A stretch of 61,338 bases of DNA, counting the filler, from Hausera hauseri (lineage: Eukaryota), in assembly GCA_046269625.1 (NCBI GenBank). It is 9 parts of 9 records of this genome, joined end to end, with 100 filler letters (N's around TTAATTAATTAA, not from the genome) between each part and the next. Parts side by side here need not be neighbours in the genome. Positions count along the whole stretch, not along the records: positions 50,048 to 55,804 come from JBJURY010193749.1; positions 55,905 to 61,338 come from JBJURY010256403.1; 7 more parts are not named here. One strand, 5' to 3'. Of this stretch, positions 51,820 through 61,338 are shown in pieces. The notes beneath the pieces were generated by a model. It saw only the letters and a list, made by a program, of their open reading frames with translations. It did not search any database and had not been told where the DNA came from. Numbering within the stretch: position 1 is the stretch's first letter; every line of letters starts with the position of its first letter. The position numbers and the translations under genes are program-made.

Positions 51820-53680
51820 GTTCTACGTCAAATTTCCATCTATTTTCCTCGTATACTTTCAAGAACTTTCCAAAAGGCGTTATGATTGCAGTCAGTATTT
51901 TATATGAAAATCCGGTCAATGTAAATATTTCATACCCATTTATTACTGCTTGGATGACAGTTGTAATCATTTGTATTAGGAAATATATGGCTAAAAATCT
52001 AGATTCGGCTTGTCCAAAAATTACAAATCTTCCCCAAATTTTGTAGAGTATTTCTGTGGTTGCTCGCTGGTAATGGTTTACACCAAGCAATGATTCCCAT
52101 TTAGCTTGATATCGAGTATCATCTATTACTGAGGTCATGGCTCGATTTAATTCGTGTGTCTGCTGTCGCTGAAAAGCGATAAATTGTCTGAAGGCTTCAA
52201 TTTCCTTAGGCCTATACATGCCCTTTGATGAGGTATCTTGAAACTTATCGTCAGTAATTCCTTTTGCGAGATTTGTTCCTGTTAATTTATTTGGGGCGGT
52301 AGTAATACCTACATTTGGCATATTAACACAATCCGTTTCACTACGTCTAAAGATGGGTTCTTCTAATCTCGCTTTACAATCTTTAAGGATTGTTAGTTCA
52401 GTTGCATTGTGTAACAACACTCTAGTAAGCGGTGTGGCTAATCTTGGAGTATTCTGGTAAATAATGAGGAGTTCCTGCATGCAACGTTTTTCTTCGACGT
52501 TGATTGGTACGTCTCTTTTCTCACATTCATAAGTCAATAAGACTTCACAAGTAACTCGACCGAAAATTCCTTCTCATGAATTATTGGAGAGGCTAACTCA
52601 GGGTTAGCATAGATAAGAGCCAGCTTTGTCCTTATGATATCCGTATCCAGTTTACAATCATTAGTAACAATTTTGTCATATAATTCGGTTATTCCAACTT
52701 GTCCTTTGAAATAGAAGTAATCGTCTCGGTTTTTCAGGTAATCCTCAATCCAAATGTCCTCTGTTTCGAGCTTGTAAATTTTCGCATTTATTTCCGTTTC
52801 TGTGACGAAAAATGTTTCATAATTAGTGGCGAACATCACCACTTCGCAGTGCGAGATCATTTCTTTCTTAATAAATTTTAGTCCATACTGGTCGGGTATC
52901 AATATGGTAGGTGTAGGGTGTTCTGCTACATCCTTGCGTGTCCTTGAGTTGGTATTGGATTTATCTACATATTGTTTCCGGTAGTTTTGTTAAATTTCAA
53001 TTCCTTGATTTTGATAAAATTACAGTTTCTTTCAGAGGGAGGTTCCCATATTATGAGAGAACTTCTGAAAGCACAGGTTCCGTCTTGTAAATGGCATTTT
53101 TGTTTCTCGGTACATAGTTTGGTGACGCTATGGATCATTACTTTCTGTACTCGCATCTCCGATTCATAGAAATCTACGACCACTACGTTTGCTTCTAGTC
53201 CTTTTCCGGTGTCATACTCTGCTCCATTACAATATCCATTATGTATGTCTAGCCTTCCAACCACTACTTTATATGCCTTAATTATCTTTCCTGGTTGCAT
53301 CTCCAGTTCCATATTATCCCATTTTAATCTTCCGGTTTTCCTGTCCTGTTTACAGTGTTGGCGTTTTAAATTCGTTGGGATCGGAGGAGTTGTTGGCTTG
53401 ATTATTGAATAATGTCAGTGCATTAATGCACAATGAAAAACGCTACGAGAGCGTCTCAACATACATTCCAATCTGTCCAATGATATTAATTCTTGCTGTT
53501 GATATAGGAGGTAACTTGTCTTCCTCGTCTTCAATTTATGTGGTCTGACATCTTCACATACTTTTAAATCCATTAGAGAATATTTCTGTCCTAGTTTAAA
53601 CTTATCACAGTCATAGATGGTAACAGCACCTATATGCTTTATTAGCATCGTCAAAGTGAGTATGCTAATTAACCAATTGT
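51820..53680 (-). pseudogene. env: Chuvirus-type (class III-like) envelope glycoprotein
   Basis: Hydrophobic signal then IYDC…YSLMDLKVC…C..RRS..FHC; GYCNG.EY; C...DGTC…IIW…C; LY..I....C.L; C.QEL…PLTRVLL; C-terminal hydrophobic W..F..FG…INGYE segment. This is the cysteine scaffold of chuviral glycoproteins. Confidence 0.8.
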
Positions 53681-54349
53681 ATTCGTTTTTTCGGTTACTA
53701 TTATCTGTCGTTGTCAAATTACGTAACATATCTTCGAGTTTATTAATATTACCGGACCGTTTGCCTTCTTCCTTATCGAATGGTCTCGACCAGTTTACTT
53801 CGCAGGGTAATTTTCTCGCTGCTCTTCGCGCTAAGCTTGTAGCTCTAGTTATTTCATTTTCTCGATTAGGGTTTAGTTTGATAGCTGAGTACAATAATAC
53901 TTTTCTTAATGCTTCAATGGTATTTTCCACCATGATATTTTTGATCACCGATTCATCGGTTAAGTTACTTTTTGATAATTTAAAACGCGAACTACTCATC
54001 ATCTTAGCTGCATTGAATATCACTTTCTCTTTATCATCTAATGTGTCACCTCGAAGGCTTCAATAATTCGCTTAATTTTTGTCTGCGCTGAAGGTAGGGA
54101 TTGACATCTGTCGCAATCCTCTAATCAATTCTCCATTATAGTCAAGTTCTTTTCGTGTCTTCTTAGGTCTACCGACTGGGCGTTTCTGTTATGGGATGTC
54201 GGTTATTGTTTCACTCAGTGGCATTAAATTCTTATCGTATTGTTCCTTGTCTTTATCCGTTTGTAAGTACTCAAAATACATTGCAGCGTCTCGGACTCCC
54301 ATGATATGTCCCATTGTTCCGCCTTCGCCTTACGCGTGGCTTCTTCTTT

Positions 54350-54583
54350 AGTCTGTTCATTGGCTACTATCACCACAATTCGATTTGTTTCGTTGGGAAT
54401 AAATCCTACGTCTATTAGCTGTTCTAAATCGTCTAGTATTCTGCCTAGAAAATAGAATCTATAGTTTAACTCGTTTGTTCCACCGTTATTTATTAACCAT
54501 TCTCTTACGTCCCTTATATAGGAATAAGTAGTTAACTCGCATTCGTTTTTATCCATCCACTCGGATGATACCCTTATTTTCAT
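54350..54583 (-). CDS. Ubiquitin-like domain within the env-bearing element
   Basis: MKIRVSS…ECELT…IRDVREWL…YRFYFLGRILDD…LIDVGF…RIVVIV parallels ubiquitin MQIFVK…IENVKAKI…RLIFAGKQLED…LSDYNI…TLHLV. No GG. Confidence 0.7.
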
Positions 54584-54599
54584 CGTTTCTTCAGGTTTA

Positions 54600-55804
54600 G
54601 CCCTTAAGATTTTAGCATCTTTCCTTATCCAAGTTTTGGCACAGCGCTATAAATCGTGCTCTCACTGGATAATTTAGTCAAAGTAGGAATAAGTTGTCCA
54701 GGAGCATCTCCACATTGAATATACTGTTCTGAAGACACGTTTATATTTCATTTAGCTGTACTGGAGTCACAGGATTTTCGGCCGTTACTGCATCTAAGTA
54801 CACATCCCATTCCGGCTTATTTCCAACGCCTGGAAGTCCATAGTCTACTAGTGCTGTATTCTTCCTTTGTATATTCTCTCGAATTTCTTTCAGTCTCGGT
54901 TTTATTTCTTTAATCTGCATAGTTTGGAAACCTATTCCGTTTCCACAGGCGTATTGAATCATTTTCAGTAGTTCGCCTAATTCATTAGAATGGATGAATT
55001 CCTTTTGGTGATAATCAGTTAGTTTGATAATTACGTCTGTTAGCCATTTTTGTACAAATTCGCGCTTATTTTTGATTTCTGACTCGGTAAAAGCATATTT
55101 GTTACAAAATTTCGAGCTCTTTGGCTAATTCGTCTAACATTGTTGCTCTTTGTTTAGTTCTAATGCATGTTTCTTCAACATGTCTTATTTTAGGTATAAA
55201 TTGTCTCATCTTCTCATCACTAATCTCTGCCATTTCTGCTAAGAAAAAGGCTAACTCGTACATCTCATTAATGATTTTTGAGTCGGGATCTATTGCATGG
55301 AGCAATTTCTTTACGAACTTAAATTCTTTGAAACTAAGATGTTGGTCGTTTCTTATTTTTGTCAACTCGGTAAGGCAATTCTGATCTGTTCCGGCTATGC
55401 ATTCTTGTGGTTTATGTATGAATTTCATTGCTTCCTCTTAAGCTGTTCTATGCTCTGGTCAAATATCTAAGGTTTCCATATCTTGGATTGAAATTTCGTC
55501 GAAAGGTTTAGCTGTTAAATTTTGGACTCCTTCTAGTCGGACGTTTATTAATCTTGGGTAAAAATTACAAATCATATTCCGTTTTTCCGTAAAGTTTGTT
55601 TCTCCGATCATTTTATATATCTCTTCCAATATCGACACTTCTTGCTTCTTCTTCATAAAATTTAATTGTCGTAATGTTTCGAATTGAGTTCGGTTATCTA
55701 TTTCCGCTTGTATTATATCTAAGTTACGTGCACTTTCTTCTAATTGTTTCCTTATAGAAGGCTCGCTTTCTGGAAATTCTTTCCTACAGTCTCCCACTAA
55801 TTTA
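54600..55804 (-). pseudogene. Unidentified helical/charged ORF segments of the env-bearing element
   Basis: ORFs 55459-55797, 55102-55428 and 54741-54962 share the strand and composition of env/pol. No recognisable motif. Confidence 0.45.
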
Positions 55805-56696
55805 NNNNNNNNNNNNNNNNNNNNNNNNNNNNNNNNNNNNNNNNNNNNTTAATTAATTAANNNNNNNNNNNNNNNNNNNNNNNNNNNNNNNNNNNNNNNN
55901 NNNNAAAATGAACTATTTGCAATTTACACTACAACGACATACAAAGAACTTTTATTGGCTGAAGTGAATTGTTCCCAAAATGTCAATGTTGTTACATAAT
56001 TGGCGTTTACAGCGTTTAAAATAACAAATTCTTGCAAAATTAAATATTTGTTGTACACTATGTTCAATTTTTAGCCAATATTCTGTTCTCACCTGTCTTG
56101 CTTTTCCGTCGAACCAAGAAATATTCGATCAATTAAGTTTAAACCAAATATAAAAAAAATTCCATTTCGCGTCACTAATATAAAAAAAACAATTTTTCCT
56201 AACGAATAAACAACGGCACAAGATTCAATAAATTTTATATTGAAAAATTAAAAAAATACATATTAGACCACAAATTCAACAATTATAAGCATTCCCAATT
56301 TGATCTTCATGAAGGATCTTTAATAAAATACAAATAACTTCTTTAAATACAGTCATGCACAATGTCATTTTTGGACACTATTGATTTGTCGCAAAACCAT
56401 AGAACAGATCATCTTTAGCAATTATCAAAACAAAATAACCAATATATATATCATAAAAGTATATATATGTATAGAACAGTTAAAGTGAAAAACAGTAGTA
56501 CACTAATAATGCGACTGGATCGAACAACAAATCGTACCAACTGAGTATTAGCTGGAACGAATCTAAAAATTATCATCATCATATTATCAACATCAACATC
56601 AACATTATCCATTATGGCTTTAAACAGTTCTAGTGCAATATAAGGTGCTTGATCAAAAATTTTTCTTGTTTTACATTTGAAAGTCAAACAGCACGG

Positions 56697-56713
56697 TAGA
56701 GAGAGATAGAGAC

Positions 56714-56740
<27 letters not shown>
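56697..56740. repeat. (GA)n microsatellite
   Basis: Directly visible. Confidence 0.9.
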
Positions 56741-56744
<4 letters not shown>

Positions 56745-58089
56745 TAAACCAGATTATATTCCTTCAAGTTACACTGTAAAATGGTGTCCTTAACTGCAGC
56801 AAAAACGAATCGAATGTTTTCTGTGTCTGAAAAATGTATGTTTTATTTTCATTTTTTTCCAGTTGAATTCAAAATAATAAATAAGTAAAATTCGATAAAA
56901 ATCACATCGCATTAGAAATGACGGGGAATAACTGACGACTTTAATAATTCGGAAATGATATTTTTACGTTTTAGCCACCTTCGAGTTAGATTTCGATCAA
57001 CAATTAATGGCGCTTTTCGATTTAACATTCAACTGTAACTTTATTCATAAAATTGAGAAAACTATTTCCATTAAATTTTTGTCGTTTTCCTCAAAAATCC
57101 AATATTATACCCCTCATCTAATGCTGGTATAAATCACCACAATTTACAAATCAATTATCACGCCACATAATGATACAGATGACTTGATACACTGGTGTTC
57201 GAAAGGTGCTACATAAAATTTTGAAAAATTTTTAAATGTTAAAATATATAAAAATCCGTGACGAAAACATGCAGATCTCTATGTATTAGTACAACTATAT
57301 TGAACATTATATCTGACAATGAATGTATCATATATAAGGCTAAATAAAATAATGGTATATTAAGTTTTATTAAACAATATATGCAATTATAAAAATCCGC
57401 TACTGGGTGTTTTCTTAAGATTTCGAAGTTCCAATAATTCATAATTTATCGAATTTAATTTCAATGTTGCCTAAATACACAAACATGGCCTTCATTGCCA
57501 TGCAAATTTCAACTATAAACTAAAATATAAATTTCTGTTCCTATGAAGTATTAAAAAAATCGGCAATAATCGTAGTTTCTATTTGTTACGTCATTTGGCA
57601 CTTATTCAATTTCCCCTTAACATGCAGAGGAATTTTGAAATTTCATAACAATTTTCGTTTCATTTTTCAACCAATATTTTACTAAAGTCCAATTTCTAGT
57701 TTGTCATATTCATACTTGTAGACTCGTAAAACTAGCAGTAAATTACGTTTTTAAAAAATTCAATTGGTTCATTGGAAATAAGTGTCTGTCGCAAATGATT
57801 GTTCGTAGTATGCAAAAGATGTGTGGCTATTCAGGGAAGTTAGTTATAGGGAAGTAAATTGCATTCGTCAGTATAACTACTCGGTTTGTAATTCTTTCGA
57901 ACTCTAGTACTATATATTTTCAAATAAGCTGATAACTAACGTTAGCTTTATAAAGAGTTGCAAGGCATGAAAAATTCTCCATATTTATTTATTTAGTTAT
58001 TATTAGTATGTTAAACTCGTGGTGAACAGCGAGATTTCAATCTTAAATGACATTCTCGCGCAAAGATATAATTACCGGAATTTTAACAG

Positions 58090-58600
58090 ATTTGAAGTGG
58101 TCAAATGATTCGAATAGCTTACGCTTGATCGATTTTCCGAGTTCGAATATCTAAATAATCGATTTCGAATAATGTATTCGAATATCTAACACAGGATTCG
58201 GATTCCCCATACATTGTTTCCTATTCAACCCCGCTTAAAGATTTTTCGATTTCCACTTCATTGAGCTTAAAATGTGCATTTTGCTTAATTCGATTTATTG
58301 GTTTTACAACTATATAGTACATTTTTATGGAATTAATTTAAATGGTTGTAGGGGTTTTAACACATGGGGAATAGAATGACGTCATCAGATTTTCAAATAG
58401 TGCTTAGTTTGAAATTCTGTTCAAAATTTTTTTCGAATTCGAATATTTGGCGTCATATTTGAAATCTCCATACTCGGTTTCCTATCTGTCCCCGCTCAAT
58501 ATAATATCGAATTTTGCTTCCTTAGGGCCTAAAAGACCTATGTACCTTCTCCCCCACTAACCTTTGAGTCGATATTATTCGAAAACCATTCGATCGATTT
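58090..58600. repeat. Diverged ~260-bp internal duplication rich in TTCGAA, MITE-like
   Basis: TTCGAATAT…CCATAC…GTTTCCTAT…CCCGCT occurs at about 58177-58275 and 58438-58535. Confidence 0.5.
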
Positions 58601-60650
58601 ATATTATAACTGCATATTTGTATAGTGCACCGTTTTTCCAATCGAACTGACCCGGTGCCATGTGGTAATCATCAATATTGGAATTATTGGAAAACCGATA
58701 TTATTGATTTGCACATGTGCACTTACACTGCATTGTGCACTAATCGATGCTCACTATCACACTATCGATTAGCACTTTATCCCGATTGATTCAATCATTC
58801 TGTGTAGAGATCAATGAGTAAAATTCCGTAGCAACGGTGCCTAAAGGCACAGTTGCCATGCATATGTGCCAATCTATACTGCACTTGGTGCACTATCGAT
58901 TTTATCGATTACCCCCGGAGATGGGGAAATTGTGCATTTTCCCCTTCAGCCTTTCTTTATCCGATTTAAAAATTCTGTTATTAACTTTAATAGGCATCAT
59001 TAAATAGAGAAAAATTACGATTTCATGTCTTCTGAATATTTGAAGGACCGGGTTCGGGGCTATCAGGCTTACTATAAACATTATTTTATAAAAAAGCTGT
59101 ACCTATCTAATGTTGGAGGTTATTATCATCTGTTATTTTAAATTTTCAAAATATTTGTTGTAAATAAATTGAACTATTTTTAATGAACCGAACAATAAAT
59201 TTGTGTTTTACGTCCGTGTTTGCATGTGCATGTATGTATAAAACATTTTGATTTGTTACATTGGGGCAGACATTTTTTGTAGACGCAATTCAATTGAAAG
59301 TGTTGTTAATTATATGGATATCATGTATAATTTGATTGATTTGATTAATTTTTTATACATCCAATATATATTGCCAAGTATAGATTGTTGATAATTATTT
59401 CAACAGTTGCAATTTCAAAAAACGAGGGGTAATATTAGCGCCTTGCGTATTTGTGTATTGTTAACTAGTATGTGTGTGTGTGTGTGTAATTTTTATACTA
59501 TATGAACTAATTGTAGGTTGTGTCCAATATTTGTTCGTGTCCGACAAAGTGCATTATTAAACGCTTAATTACTTCCATTAAAATAATTATGATCGCTTTG
59601 CTCGGCAAGATCGGATGATCGAAATACGGAGTATCACCTTCGTCAAATGTTGAATTAAAAGTGTGAAATATAATTTATTTATTACAAATTTTCAAACAAA
59701 TTCCGTTTATTAAAAATGAATAATTTTAATTATTTATTTTTGAGCCATCACAAATATAATTCTGGCGAGTATATATTATGTTCACCCGATGACTTATTTT
59801 TCAGGCTGAGCATATTAAATTTCTTCAATATAACAAATATTCTCCAAACGATAGGTTCCTCTTAAGTCATTTAGTGGACTTAAGTGTACTTATAAAAGAA
59901 TCCAGGAAATATTTCAAGACAATCTTGTGTCATTTCTCCTAAAATTATACTTTTAATGTTTTTGCACTAAATTTGACTTTTAAGTACTTTTTGAAGTTTC
60001 CAAAATATGCTGGAGTTTCCAATACAAATTCGTAATTTCAAATAAATCTCTTTCCTGAGTATTGTTTTCATGTTTGGCAAAGAGAAAGTGTCGATGAATA
60101 CTATGGAGCATACAAATTCCGTATCGAATGTGGAGGCGGGTTAGAGAATTTTTCATAGAATCTGTCGCCCATATTATTTTATCTTTCGGAGCAACCAAAG
60201 TTTCAGTAATTTTGTAGGAAAAAATTAAACCTGAATAAAGCAGAAATTTACAAAACTTTCATACAGGGAATCACTTAAGCAAAAAGCATTTACTATTAGA
60301 CAAACCTATCCCCTTTAAAAAAATCCTAGATTCGCGACGTCTAATAAATTGATAAACGACGTCATTAATTTGTTTTGCTAATCATACTTTATATGAATTA
60401 ATTTATTAAAAACAAATATATAAAATAATTCAACAAATCATATAAAAATTAATATAAAGACTAAGTAATTGATAATATTTAAAATGAAAAGAAAGTTACC
60501 CGTTCCACAAGTAAAATGTGAATAAATAATTTTCTCTGGATCGGGATTTAGTTCAATAAACATTTTTAAAATAAAATCTCTTGCACTTTCAGCGTCTCTC
60601 TGAGGTCCTGAATTTACGAATTACGCATATGCAATGTTAGCGTGGTTTTA

Positions 60651-60833
<183 letters not shown>

Positions 60834-61338
60834 CTATTAATATATCCTTCATAGTCTCTTTAAATATAATAAATGAATTATTTGTAGTTTTAAAATATTT
60901 TAAAAAGATACATTTCTAAAAAATATATTGCATGAAACTGTGTCATTTGTTTTAATTTGTAAACGTTTGATATTTAATTTTTTAAATATTTTTAGCTCAT
61001 CCACAAAAGATACAAAGCAATATTGCGCTACCCTATTATGTCGACACCGTTTATCTCAACAAATAGACAACCGCCTATACGAAACTCACCACTTTAGTGC
61101 ATTTTATATAAGCTATGTTGAAGTCTACATAGAAAGTCGATCACCTTTGTAGACATGGGCTTACTGTTCGAATACTGTTCGTGAGACTCGGTCATTTTTA
61201 CTTTCTGTTATAGAAGGGTCCGATGTTGGTCAATCATGGTTTGTATACCACCGAGAGGATATTTTGGAGACATTGATTCTTGGTATGAATCTCTTAGAGT
61301 GGATGGTGACGGTTGAGACGGTTGAAGAGGTATGCTGC

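Overview
AT-rich eukaryotic (probably invertebrate animal) draft-assembly sequence made of nine contigs joined by an artificial 100-nt spacer (44 N + TTAATTAATTAA + 44 N), so adjacency across spacers means nothing. The content is mostly decayed mobile DNA. (i) At least seven degraded copies of one CsRn1/Boudicca-like Ty3/Gypsy family, with CHCC Gag knuckles, a conserved -1 frameshift signal, a long S/T/P-rich integrase tail and GC-rich LTR starts. (ii) An unrelated Gypsy-type element with a chuvirus-type glycoprotein gene UPSTREAM of protease-RT, plus a ubiquitin-like domain. (iii) Two Polinton/Maverick-like remnants: a protein-primed PolB plus RING ORF, and an AGTAGT terminus with tandem repeats. 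(iv) Mosaics of short pseudogenised host-gene fragments (USP22-, DDB1-, DNAH5-, MIB-HERC2- and matrin-ZnF-like). The most striking candidate novelty is that Gag of the main Gypsy family is preceded by tandem ubiquitin-like domains ending in a di-glycine (…IRGG|M-Gag), which predicts processing by host deubiquitinases. All protein assignments are by eye from motifs, with no database search, and no intact host gene was identified.
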